34,692 nucleotides of DNA, taken from assembly GCF_001194135.2 (NCBI RefSeq), contig NC_068983.1, forward strand, positions 148,211,667 through 148,246,358, given 5' to 3'. Both the position numbers and the translations under genes were made by a program. The stretch is from Octopus bimaculoides (lineage: Eukaryota). The number at the start of each line of letters is the position of its first letter. The first letter of the stretch is position 1. Shown here in pieces: positions 1-10,760 of this stretch. The notes beneath the pieces were generated by a model. The model searched no databases, had not been told where the DNA came from, and saw only the letters and a list, made by a program, of their open reading frames with translations.

Positions 1-45
<45 letters not shown>

Positions 46-58
46 CCTCCCTCTCTCT
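1..58. repeat. (CT)n microsatellite
   Basis: Direct reading: CT dinucleotide run. Confidence 0.97.
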
Positions 59-190
59 GTTTTTTTTTTTTACAACTAATGATTTATTTTACTACTTTCT
101 AGTCAAAATGATAAGGATGCTTATGCTGATGACTACGGTGATAATGAAGGTGAGGAAAAGGGTGAGGGGGGGGATCATGATCATTATGCC

Positions 191-224
<34 letters not shown>

Positions 225-256
225 GTAATCATCATCGTAATCATGATCATCATCAT
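191..256. repeat. (CAT)n microsatellite, degenerate at its 3' end
   Basis: Direct reading; explains the poly-Ile ORF 108..350. Confidence 0.95.
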
Positions 257-580
257 AGGAGTGGCAAAAGATGTTCTATACCCCCTGTGGAAATCTACTG
301 AAATCGTAGTCGTAATTGCAAGAACGGTCTGTGCTCATGCATACACTTAAAGGGCTGACCCTTCCCGTTGCTAACCACAGGGATCAGGATGTTGAGGCGT
401 CTCTTTATATTAGGTATTTTTATATAATCCATGCCTGTATTGTTTCGTAATCTTTCTTGCGTAAATGCTCAGTATATTTTGTAATTATTGCTTTTCATAT
501 TCCCTTCATTAGTTGTTCTTATGATAAATAACACGATTACTATAATTTTGTTATGAAGCGAATGCTGTAGGTAGCATCTT

Positions 581-776
581 TCTTTCTTTCTTTCTCTCTT
601 TCTTTCTTTCTTTATTTATTTACTCATTTATTTATTTATTTAACTATTTTCTCTCTCTCTCTCTCTCTCCATCTAACCAAAACCAACTATCTGCCTGTCT
701 GTCTGTCTCTCTCTCCATCGATCGAAATAGCTAGCTATCTATCTGTCCGTCCAACCGTTAATCCATCGATCGATCG

Positions 777-835
<59 letters not shown>

Positions 836-882
836 GATCGATCGATCTATCTATCTATCTATCTATCTATCCATCTATCTAT
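581..882. repeat. Compound microsatellite (TTTC)/(TTTA)/(CT)/(ATCT)n with (ATCG)n variants
   Basis: Direct reading. Confidence 0.9.
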
Positions 883-1020
883 CAATGCCACTTTTTTCTT
901 GAAGAAATCTTGCATCCAAGATATTAAATCTCCCTATTTCAGGATATGAACCGTGTTCTACTCAGTAGACTAGTTGTTTTACTATTTGTAAACACTGTTT
1001 TAATATTCTATTGAGTCATG

Positions 1021-1076
1021 TCATCTTACGCTTGAGTTCAAACGACGCCGAAGTGAACTTTGTATTGTATCCTTCC
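1021..1076 (+). mobile_element. SINE family A fragment (B-box region)
   Basis: ttgagttcaaacgacgccgaagtgaactttgtattgtatcc aligns with ctgagttcaaattccgccgaggtcgactttgcctttcaacc at 6661-6701. Confidence 0.6.
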
Positions 1077-1176
1077 AATATCATAACGTAACTGTCAGGA
1101 ACAGGAGTCAATTGAATCGTTTGTCTACCCCTAGATTTCTGACCTTAGTTGCTACGTTTAAAACAACTTTTATTAT

Positions 1177-1360
1177 TGGTGGAATCGTTAGTGTTCCGGA
1201 TAAAATGCTTAGCAGTGTTTCGTCCGAGTATATGCTGTAAGGATGAAAGGCTTCGGTGGAGCACTGGGCTCGATGTAATCGACTTAACCACTTACCCGAA
1301 ATTGCTGGCATTGTGCCAAAATTTGAAACCATTATTAGCATTATCATTATTATTACTATT
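1177..1360 (+). mobile_element. tRNA-derived SINE family A, internally deleted, with (ATT)n tail
   Basis: ggtggaatcgttag...aaatgcttagc head and gcactgggctcgatgtaatcgactt...gcattgtgccaaaatttgaaacc 3' end are shared with other copies in the window. Confidence 0.8.
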
Positions 1361-1582
1361 AAGGTGTCAAGTTGGCAGAATTGTTACCACGGCGGACAAA
1401 ATGCTTAGTGACATTTCTTTCGGCTTTGTTTTGAGTTCGAGTTTCGCCGAGGTGGACTATACCTTTCATCCTTCCGAGGTCTATAAAATAAGTACCAGCT
1501 GAGCACTGAGATTGATGTAATAGACGAGTCACCCACCCACCAAATATCAAGCCTTGTGCCTATAGTAGACAGAATTATTATT
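1361..1582 (+). mobile_element. tRNA-derived SINE family A, near full length
   Basis: A-box-like TGGCAGAATTGTT, B-box-like GAGTTCGAGTTTC, core ataaaataagtaccag, 3' gccttgtgcctatagtag and (ATT)n tail. Confidence 0.88.
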
Positions 1583-2572
1583 AGAGATGTTAGCTTGAAA
1601 TTTGGGAACAAACTTCCTCAAATATTTCTATGGATTCGTGCAAAATATAAGATGGTGCTTTTATGCAGGTTGGCAGTATATGACCCAATTCAAATAGTCT
1701 TCAGCTCCCTAAGTAGAGGTTTGAGTGTCATACCAACTGTAGAAATTACCAAATAAACAATTTTGTGTTCCACAATGTCTTTTTCAGTCTGGCTAAGGCA
1801 TGATATTTCTTAATTGTCACAGTTTTTGACTTTCACTACGCCATTATTTGATAGGGCAAAGTTTATGATCTTACACCGTTTCGCTTTTTTTTTCTTCCCT
1901 GATTTATACGATCAGATATGGTTTCTTGCTTCAACTGGAGAAATCCCATAAAATCTTGTAATCATCACTCAATCGCAGCCTCTGTCTCATGTTCATACTA
2001 CTTTCCCCATCAATCCGAATCTATGAATTTAGCTTACATTTCAATGCACTCTTTTACCGACACTTTTATGCCCGTGTTTATATTCCTTTTCGGTCATCTT
2101 ACTGCACTCACTAACGAGATGATTGATACTTTCATCCCCTTTTCCACACATTCTGCGTTTGGGTTCGCTGACTGAGTTTTATCAATCCTTTTCTGTTTGA
2201 AATTCATTTCAATCATTTATTCCTGAGCAGCTATAATCATCGATTCAGTTTCTTGTTTCAAGTTGCCATTTCTCGGTTACAACAGCATCCTTCACTTCCA
2301 ACATTCCCGATTATCTACGTGAACCGATCAAGTATTTCCTTCTCTTTCCAATGATTTCTAACGTTTTTCTTTCTATTCTTGATTTCTGTCACTGTTTCAG
2401 TGACTTCTCCAGTATTTCTGGTCGCAGTGTACCGACGATGCCTTCCGCGTTTAACAAACCACTGTCTCCTCCCATTCTTAGTAGGTAAAGCCTATCAATA
2501 GTTCTTTTAGGCTGTTTTACGATAAGCATTTTGAATGGCTTCCTAGTTCTACTATCGAAATCCAGTAGCTTT
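1583..2572 (-). mobile_element. Degenerate R4/Dong-clade non-LTR retrotransposon, 3' portion (post-RT region, CCHC zinc knuckle, restriction-like endonuclease)
   Basis: Manual minus-strand translation across stops and frameshifts gives DRLYLLRMGGDSGLL, NLKQETESMIIAAQE, RMCGKGDESINHLVSECSKMTEKEYKHGHKSVGKRVH, YKILWDF, KKPYLIV, RCKIINFA and LHKSTILYFARIHRNI. These match the typical R4/Dong C-terminal motif order. It ends in a (TAA)n tract. Confidence 0.85.
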
Positions 2573-3238
2573 ATTATCATCATCATACTCATCTCCAACT
2601 TCATCTTTATTAGCAGCAGCATTATCGTTCCCATAGTCGTCGTTGTCGTCGTCACCACCACCACCACCATCATCACCATCATCATCATCTTCATCATCAT
2701 CAACATCATCATCATTCTTTTTGACTGTTGTTTAGTAACCGAAATTATACACTAAAATTAAGCTCTCTGCCGACTGCGGCCATTTAATAGTTATAAATCT
2801 TGAAAGATTTATCTTTGTGTTTTATACCTTCCATCTAGGTTTAAATTTTATTTATATATTCATTTATTTATTCCTTTTAAAGATAAGTCGTCTATTATCA
2901 TTTTTATGTCTGCTATCGCTGTATTATCCACGAAAACTGAATCATTGCGATTCGCTTATGTCACATTGCTGACAAACAAATGCGGTACATTTCTCTTCGT
3001 TAATTTCAGTTAAATCTTTTAGAATATAATAACTGTTTTATATCATGTGTAGCGGAATAGGAAAACATTGTGTGAGGTATGAAGGTACCAAGATTGTATG
3101 TTTAAGCTAACTTAAAGTTCACCACCAAAGAAACAACACATAGAAATAACCTCACAATAAAGTCAATAACTATGCAATGAACGAACTGTTGTTATAGTAG
3201 TGACCACTGTAGCAGTTACTACTCCTATTACTACTGCT

Positions 3239-3347
3239 GAGACCCCCCTTCGGTCATGACTGACCATCGTTAGTAGAAGTACTAGGCTTACAAAGAATAG
3301 TCGATTTGCTCGACTAAAGGCAGTGCTCCAGCATGGCCGCAATCAAA
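3239..3347 (+). mobile_element. Chimeric SINE fragment (family C-like 5' piece joined to family B 3' piece)
   Basis: 3239-3267 matches 12675-12701. 3277-3347 matches the reverse complement of about 33715-33795 (agtactaggc...tcgactaaagg...ctccagcatggccgca). Confidence 0.8.
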
Positions 3348-3579
3348 TATGTTGATCTGACGATTCCTCGAACCGTCAAAGTCTTATAGAATACACTCCA
3401 ACACCAAACATGACGTTTTTTTCTTTCTTGTTTCATTGATGTAAAGAAGACAACCTTATTTAATGATTTTGCTACCTTTAAGAATATAAAGTATGACTTC
3501 ATAGACATTTGGCTGCTATTTCTGGCAAACCAAGATGATAATATGGACTGAATAAATGAATGATACCTCAAAATGATAG

Positions 3580-3591
3580 GTGTGTGTGTGC

Positions 3592-3670
<79 letters not shown>

Positions 3671-3940
3671 TTTATATAGAAGAAAATTTGTTGATTTATT
3701 GTAATCTTCGCCTTCAGAGGACGTGGAACAACCACATTTTTACAATTGGAAACTACACATACATACATACATAATACATATATTACATACATATATACAT
3801 ACATATATACATACATACATACATACATTACATACATATATACATACATATATGCATACATACATACATTACATACACATATACATACATATATACATAC
3901 ATACATACATACACATATGCATACATATATACATAGATAA
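3580..3940. repeat. (GT)n and (TACA)n microsatellites
   Basis: Direct reading: 3580-3666 (GT)n and about 3755-3940 (TACA)n. Confidence 0.95.
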
Positions 3941-4267
3941 GTACGTACGTACTTTCGTACATGTGTACGTAAGTATGTCTGTCAGTGTGTAAGGAAAGGT
4001 ATATGCTTGTTAGTTGCTTGCACTTATAAATATGTGCGTGTATCGGCGTGTTTGCGTGTGCACACCAAATAGTTACGTGCATTTGCATATACGCCCATTT
4101 GTAGATCTGAGTGGTTACACGAAAGTAATTAAAGTATGCTTGAGTAAGTACACTTGTATGTCACATGTGAATACATTTCCGCGGGTAGGTCAGAGTCTTT
4201 GTGTATGTGTGCATTCACTAAAAATATACATGTTCGTATTTAAACTTACTAGAACGTTATACAAATA

Positions 4268-4273
4268 TATATA

Positions 4274-4370
<97 letters not shown>

Positions 4371-4629
4371 GTGTGGGTATGTCAAAGCATGCGTATGCTT
4401 GATTGAGTGTATACACATGGTGTGTACAGTAAAAGATATATAGAAATTGGTATATCTATTAGCATGATTTTTTCTATGTATGCGTATGTACTTCCCTACG
4501 TGTACCTAAGTGTATCTTTGTATCTATTTTTATTTGTATGTATGCGTTCGGCAGTGTTTTATGCGTACTTTTGTGTATCTCTTTGTTTATATATGTATGT
4601 CAGTGTATATATTTGTGTGTGTGAGTGTA

Positions 4630-4670
<41 letters not shown>
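4268..4670. repeat. (AT)n(AG)n and (GT)n microsatellites with a degenerate TG/TA-rich spacer
   Basis: Direct reading. Confidence 0.9.
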
Positions 4671-4672
<2 letters not shown>

Positions 4673-4933
4673 TGGTGGGGGGTTCTGTGTGTGTTTTAGT
4701 GTGTGCACTTCATGGTCTATGTTTAATTGACTTTAGGAATTAGTATTGGGTCAATGCTCAAAGATGTGTTTGCAGCTGACTGCTTCCAAAGCGATTGAAA
4801 ATCTGTTTTGAGGTGAAGGGTAGATGGCAGTAAAAGGAATATCGTTTAGGTTGCAGTTTGGCTGATGCTGGTGGAGATGCTTGCTTTGAGAACTATGACG
4901 AAGACGGTGATGCCGATGATTATTTTAGCGGTA

Positions 4934-4961
4934 TGATTTAAAGTTTTAAAACTTTAAATCA
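4934..4961. repeat. Perfect 28-bp palindrome TGATTTAAAGTTTTAAAACTTTAAATCA
   Basis: The sequence equals its own reverse complement (checked by hand). Confidence 0.95.
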
Positions 4962-4965
4962 AACC

Positions 4966-5105
4966 GGACGAAGCAGACGTTTTCGTATGGACGAAGCAGA
5001 CGTTTTCGTATGGACGAAGCAGACGTTGTCGTATGGACGAAGCAGACGTTTTCGTATGGATGAAGCAGACGTTTTCGAATGGACGAAGCAGACGTTTTCG
5101 TATGG
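4966..5105. repeat. Minisatellite, 6 x 23 bp, consensus GGACGAAGCAGACGTTTTCGTAT
   Basis: Units start at 4966, 4989, 5012, 5035, 5058 and 5081. There are three substitutions in total (one in copy 3, two in copy 5) and no spacers. Confidence 0.97.
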
Positions 5106-5297
5106 CTTTAATGCATGGCGATAGTGAAGATCATAACAGTATTAGTTCAGTTGTAACTTTCGTTCCATCAAGTTATTGTATAGGTTACTTTTATGGCTGC
5201 AATAGTAGCGGTGGTGGCGCTGGCGACGATAACAGTAGTATGAATATATGTAATGTTATATAACTGATGCCAGTGTGGAAGTATAGGTATTTCATAA

Positions 5298-5298
<1 letters not shown>

Positions 5299-5359
<61 letters not shown>

Positions 5360-5399
5360 ATAGTAGTAGTAGTGGTGGTAGTAGTAGCAGTAGTAGTAG
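5299..5399. repeat. (AGT)n microsatellite
   Basis: Direct reading. Confidence 0.95.
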
Positions 5400-6024
5400 A
5401 AGAGTCGCGGCGGCTGTGTTTGTAGTGCTGCTGATAATGGTAAGAGTTCTGGTGGCATTGAGTTTGGTGACCATGGTGGCAGTGGTAGTGAAGAGTGGGA
5501 AGGGTGGTCTTGATAATATTAATGTTAATGAGCATTTGCTGTTGACACTACAGTTTGGACTCCTCACATCACCTCAGGCTTAAACGTATCGTTTCTGACC
5601 AAACCCCAGGCAACTCTTCTTTTGAATAATTCACAAGAGAGGTGTCTACTACTCCATAGAAAGCCTATCGAAGGTGCCGTACATATTTAAAGGATCTACA
5701 ATCACCCCCTCCTCACACGTAATCGGTACATTGATACCAATATCAACAGTGGCATTTCCCATTCTTCCTCATGTAGAGTTTCTTCGACGATACTGCACCT
5801 CTTTATAACGAAAGTTATTGAAAAGAGATGATTTTCATTACCATAACCGGAGAAGCCTTCGCCAAATCTGGTTTAGAAACTTTGACCAAATCTGAACTTA
5901 CTGTTATTGCATGCAAACGATCTTACATATTCGTCGTGAAAGTGTAACTTTTGTTGATGTAACTCTGTGTCATATTTTCAATACAACTGTTAACCTACAG
6001 AGAACATGAGCTGTACAGTACTGA

Positions 6025-6078
<54 letters not shown>

Positions 6079-6170
6079 GTATGTATATATGTATGTAATT
6101 ATCTATCTATCTATCGATCGATCGATTGATCAATCTATCTATCTATGTGGGGGGGTATGTGTGTGTGTCA
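6025..6170. repeat. Compound (TA)n/(TATG)n/(ATCT)n/(ATCG)n/(GT)n microsatellite
   Basis: Direct reading. Confidence 0.9.
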
Positions 6171-6490
6171 ATGTTTGGAAATTTCCGAACTAGTAATTTT
6201 GTAACTCCACATTTTTTAAAGAACTGAGCATTTTGTAATTTAGTTTACTTCCATTCTCTCACAGTTAACCTGTTGTTTCAGCACAGTGAATGACCGTGAA
6301 ACGACATCAGAGAATATATAGCATATGGGAGAATAAATTCTTGGCAACGGCATTGAGAAATATTCTATTATGCAATACGAATATGTAAAGATAAGCGAAA
6401 ACGTCAATTTTCAAGTACAAATAACTACTTGAAGAAGAGAGATATTATAACCACCATCACCATTATCATCATCATAACCATCATCATTGT

Positions 6491-6560
6491 GCAATCGACT
6501 TACCCCCGTCTCCCGAAATTGCTGGCCTTGTGTCAAATTTTAAAGCATTATTATTATAAT
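6491..6560 (+). mobile_element. SINE family A 3' fragment with (ATT)n tail
   Basis: aatcgacttacccc...gaaattgctggccttgtgtcaaatttt matches the 3' end at 1286-1330. Confidence 0.75.
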
Positions 6561-6588
6561 ATTGAAGTCACTATTATTATTACAACAT

Positions 6589-6766
6589 AAGGCAGCGAGC
6601 TGGCAGAATAGTTAGCACGCCGGGCGAAATGCTTAGCGGGATTTCGTCTGCTGCTGCGCTCTGAGTTCAAATTCCGCCGAGGTCGACTTTGCCTTTCAAC
6701 CTTCCGGTGTCGATAAAATAAGTACCAGTTGAACACTCGTGGCAAAAATTTGAAATAATTATTATT
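6589..6766 (+). mobile_element. tRNA-derived SINE family A (well-preserved head)
   Basis: aaggcagcgagctggcagaatagttagcacgccgggcgaaatgcttagcg head, B-box GAGTTCAAATTCC at 6663-6675 and (ATT)n tail. Confidence 0.92.
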
Positions 6767-6787
6767 AATAGTAGCAGCAGCAGCAAC

Positions 6788-6833
<46 letters not shown>

Positions 6834-6836
6834 TTC

Positions 6837-7051
6837 AAGCGGCGAGTTGGCAGAATCGTTAGCACGCCGGGCGAAATGCTGAGCAGCGTTTTGTCTGTCT
6901 TTATATTCTGAGTTCAAATCCCACCGAGGTTGATTTTTGCATTCCATCCCTCGAGGTCGATAAAATAAGTACCAGTCGATCACTTACCATTTCCCCAAAA
7001 TTGTTGGGATTGTGCCAAAATTATTATTATTATTACTATTATTATTATTAT

Positions 7052-7087
<36 letters not shown>

Positions 7088-7128
7088 CAGTAGCAGCAGC
7101 AGCAGTAGCAGTAGTAGTAGTAGTAGTG

Positions 7129-7172
<44 letters not shown>
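6837..7172 (+). mobile_element. tRNA-derived SINE family A plus long (ATT)/(AGT)/(AGC)n tail
   Basis: Same head and core as the 6589 copy (body 6837-7020); trinucleotide tail 7021-7172. Confidence 0.9.
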
Positions 7173-7173
<1 letters not shown>

Positions 7174-7299
7174 CATATGTCATATGCTTCCTTGCGATAA
7201 CTTGAAATAAGCACATTTGCTGACGTTGATGTAACAAAGTATTAGACAAGAGGTTAATAGTCCAACTTCGACAATTAGTTTCATTACTAATGTCGACAT

Positions 7300-7715
7300 C
7301 GTCACCTTCGTCGTCGTTGTCGTAGATATCATCATCATCATTATCATCATCATCACCACCAACAGTAGCAGCTTCATGAAAATTTTTCTTCATCATCAAT
7401 CTTCATCATAATGATCAAGATTATAATCATCATCACTCTCATCATCATCGCCGTCGATGTCGTCGTCATCACCATCAGCATCATCACCATCTTCATCATC
7501 ATCATTATCATTCACAACAACATCAGCATCAGCGTAATCATAACCCAATTTGTCTTATTCCTCCTCGGCTTTAGATTTATCTATTATCTAATATGGATAA
7601 TATTATCTCCTCATTCATACTTGTTCATTTGGTACTATTTCAATGAATTGCCACCATAACCATCACTACCATATAGTTATCCTTATCCTCCTCATCATCG
7701 TCATCATCATCATTT
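7300..7715. repeat. Degenerate (CAT)n low-complexity region
   Basis: Direct reading. Confidence 0.8.
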
Positions 7716-8044
7716 GCATCATCTTCATTACATACGACTGCTTGACATGTTAGAAGTTTTCATGAAAGTACGTCATGCAACCTTAAAAGAAAATGGCAGA
7801 TACGTTAATGTGGCCGTATCTGCAATATGTCCGAGGAAAAAGGATAGATGGAACATATTTGACTATGCAACTGCTCACCTGACTATTAACGTTTGGCTTT
7901 CCTTCGTAAACAACGTTGGTTAATGGAGGATAAAGTATATCGGTTATCATCGAGCTGCGATGTAGGCATTGTCAAGGGATTACCACTTTAACCCTCCGCA
8001 AAAAATCCCAAATCTTATCTAATTTGCTTTGTGGGAATGACGGT

Positions 8045-8180
8045 TTTAACGAAGTCGTGTCTTATCTCTACCTTCGAAACGCGGAGTAGATAAAACAGGG
8101 GACAACTGACGAAGAGAATGTTCTTTATGCTGCCTGTCTCGTTTCTCATTTTGTTCACGTTTTTTTACGTCCTGTACCCA
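8045..8180 (+). mobile_element. Possible Penelope-like terminal-repeat remnant with hammerhead-like motifs
   Basis: CCTTCGAAACGCG at 8071-8083 and CTGACGAAG at 8106-8114, followed by a T-rich tail and a microsatellite. The layout resembles 22900-23058. Family assignment is from recall. Confidence 0.4.
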
Positions 8181-8540
8181 TATATGCAATGTATATATAT
8201 ATACATATATATGTAGGTATGTACATATATGTATGCATATATGCATATATTTATATATTATTTATATTATTATATATATATTAATATGCAAATGTAAAAT
8301 TCATGCTGCCCTGCTTCTATATACGCTATGCACAAATACATACAGAAATACACAAAAACGTGGATGCATATTTGTGTTGTAACTTCATAAAGCCTGTCTC
8401 TTTCTGCCAGTTATCTCTTTCCACGCTCACACATACACAAATACCTATACTTACACAAGTACAAATGCATCTATACACACGTACATTTTATATGTGTGTA
8501 TGAGTGTGTTTGCATGTATGTTTATGTGTGTATATATATA

Positions 8541-8662
8541 NNNNNNNNNNNNNNNNNNNNNNNNNNNNNNNNNNNNNNNNNNNNNNNNNNNNNNNNNNNN
8601 NNNNNNNNNNNNNNNNNNNNNNNNNNNNNNNNNNNNNNNNNNNNNNNNNNNNNNNNNNNNNN
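8541..8662. other. Assembly gap (122 N) inside a (TA)/(TATG) microsatellite
   Basis: N run. Confidence 0.99.
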
Positions 8663-9674
8663 ATATGTATATATATATTTATGTATATACTTATGCATGT
8701 CCATATATATGTATACGTACGTAAGTATGTATGTATCCATGCATGTATATATCTATATGAACAAAAAAAAAAGAGAAAGATACCATGACCTTAAGGGGTT
8801 AAATTCAGGAAACGATGTGAATTATAGTGCTTCGTAAATTTCATTGAAGCTAGTCTTTATATATTCTCTGCCCAACATCACGACTTCTACCCATCATAAA
8901 AACTATAAAATATTCATTTAACCTTCCTTCAGACGTGCAATTTCCCATAATATATTCGTTTACTGCCAATAAATCCACTCCGTTCTACCTGAAGTCAAAA
9001 CCTCATTCATTAACTATCTTGTTTTTGCCATTTTTAATTTGTATAAATTTTATGGTAAAAATAACGTCCTTCTTATAAGCTCCATTATTTCGTTAATTAT
9101 AAATTCTTCTAATCTATTTATGCTTCTTTTTCAAGAAATCCTTAGGAAGAATGACAATATCTTAGTAAAATAGAAAGAGAAAGGAGGAGGATGAGAGAGA
9201 GAGTGTGTGTGGGAGAGTGAGAAAGATCAAGGAGAGTCAGAGAAGGGGAACAGAATGCACAGGAAAAAGAGGGATATAAAGGAAATAGAGCATAAGAATA
9301 AACTAATTATCATGAATGAGATTGTACGCAATTTGCATAATTTCATTAATACGTTCACTTAGGTTTTTACTATTATTATTTTTACGCGTTTATATTAGAA
9401 CGTGTTTGAATTTGTACGTATTTTCGGAGGGAAGAGAATACACAGATATATAAATGGTTGTGCATATATCAGTGAAAACACACACACATACAAAAATACG
9501 CGCGCACACGCACTAATATTTGTACGCATATGGGGGTGATACACATTAAAGCATAAGGATGCACATATTTATATGTGGATGTATGTATAAACAACATGAA
9601 CATATACATGTGCGCGCATATACATATATATGTGAGGGAGTGTAGCTATCTATCTATCCTTCTTTCTCTCTTCC

Positions 9675-9878
<204 letters not shown>

Positions 9879-10243
9879 TCATTGATTTCCGAGATAAGAT
9901 ATTGAATATCACTCCTCATTATCACTTGGCTAATTATCAATTGAAATTTTCTAATTACTTAGCTCTCATATACTTAGAATCATAATCAGTTTAATTTGTC
10001 AATAAACACTAACCCCATTTTATATATTTTCGGCTTCAGATAACTATAGCCCATGGTCTATTAAAGTATTTTTTTTGGAACCAATTTATATTGTTTTATC
10101 TTTCTTGAATCCATTTGTTACGGTTTTATACATTACTAAGTGAATATTTAAAATGTTATCTAACTGGATAACGAAACTTATTTTCCTTCAATCTATTAAC
10201 TAGCTTATCAAACGAATTTCATTAACGTGTTACTCAGATCGAT

Positions 10244-10490
10244 TCCAACTGCTGAAAGCCTACCAACTGCCACTTGGAAGGATCTTGCCTCTCAGGGTCT
10301 GTGGTTTACAAAGTCCTCCTCACACCATCCAATGGTATCGTAACGCACCACATGGGTATGACGGAGAATACTTTCAAGTGAAGCTATATGGAGCATAAGC
10401 AATCCTTCAGGAGCAGTGATAGGGAAAATGCTACATGCTCGTCCCACTTTATCTGAAGGTTTCGGGACCATCGAATAGAGTATCATTAAT
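10244..10490 (+). mobile_element. Penelope-like element GIY-YIG endonuclease relic
   Basis: Translation with one frameshift: SNC*KPTNC / LEGSCLSGSVVYKVLLTPSNGIVTHHMGMTENTFK*SYMEHKQSFRSSDRENATCSSHFI*RFRDHRIEY. This fits the PLE pattern CNC..CPL.G.CL..SVVYK...YIGMTENTFK.RY..H..SFR. Confidence 0.8.
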
Positions 10491-10726
10491 AGGATCCAAA
10501 ACGTCTCTCTGCCTGGTACAATGCATCGAGGGCCAAGTTATCTGATATGTCATTCACTAAGGCTATAAGGCGTGAGTGAGCAGACGTATGAAAAAAGCGT
10601 TGCAACTATGACTATTTTGTATTTTTCCTAAGCACTGTGCATACAGAATCATTTAACCAATGTATGTTTTCTTTTAATTGACATTATGATTTCATAAAAG
10701 GGAATTTTTACACACTCTTTCTGCAG

Positions 10727-10760
10727 CTCTAGAATCAGAGAAACTACTTTCTGATTGGAG
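10727..10760 (+). CDS. Candidate internal micro-exon (phase 1 to 2) of an unidentified host gene: (x)LESEKLLSDW(R)
   Basis: Acceptor ttttacacactctttctgcag, donor GAG|gtattt, open frame, and phase-compatible with 15392-15467. No homology recognised. Confidence 0.3.

Noticed and set aside
3053-3084. Micro-exon candidate (GIGKHCV / RNRKTLCE)
   Set aside because: The acceptor is modest and the frame and donor are ambiguous.
4850-4931. Exon-like segment GCSLADAGGDACFENYDEDGDADDILA
   Set aside because: The acceptor is purine-rich and the segment looks like a decayed (GAT)n tract.
4966-5105. CRISPR array, or a coding repeat (ORF 5033..5263)
   Set aside because: The units are contiguous with no spacers, there are no cas genes and the context is eukaryotic. 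A 23-bp period is not a multiple of three.
5550-5960. Complex-looking segment, possibly a repeat remnant
   Set aside because: I found no recognisable translation in the frames I checked and no second copy in the window, so it cannot be assigned.
6265-6340. Strong acceptor followed by LTCCFSTVNDRETTSENI*
   Set aside because: There is no convincing donor or polyA support, and no homology.
6589-6680. tRNA genes at SINE heads
   Set aside because: A/B-box-like motifs are present, but there is no complete cloverleaf and they are followed by SINE bodies and tails.
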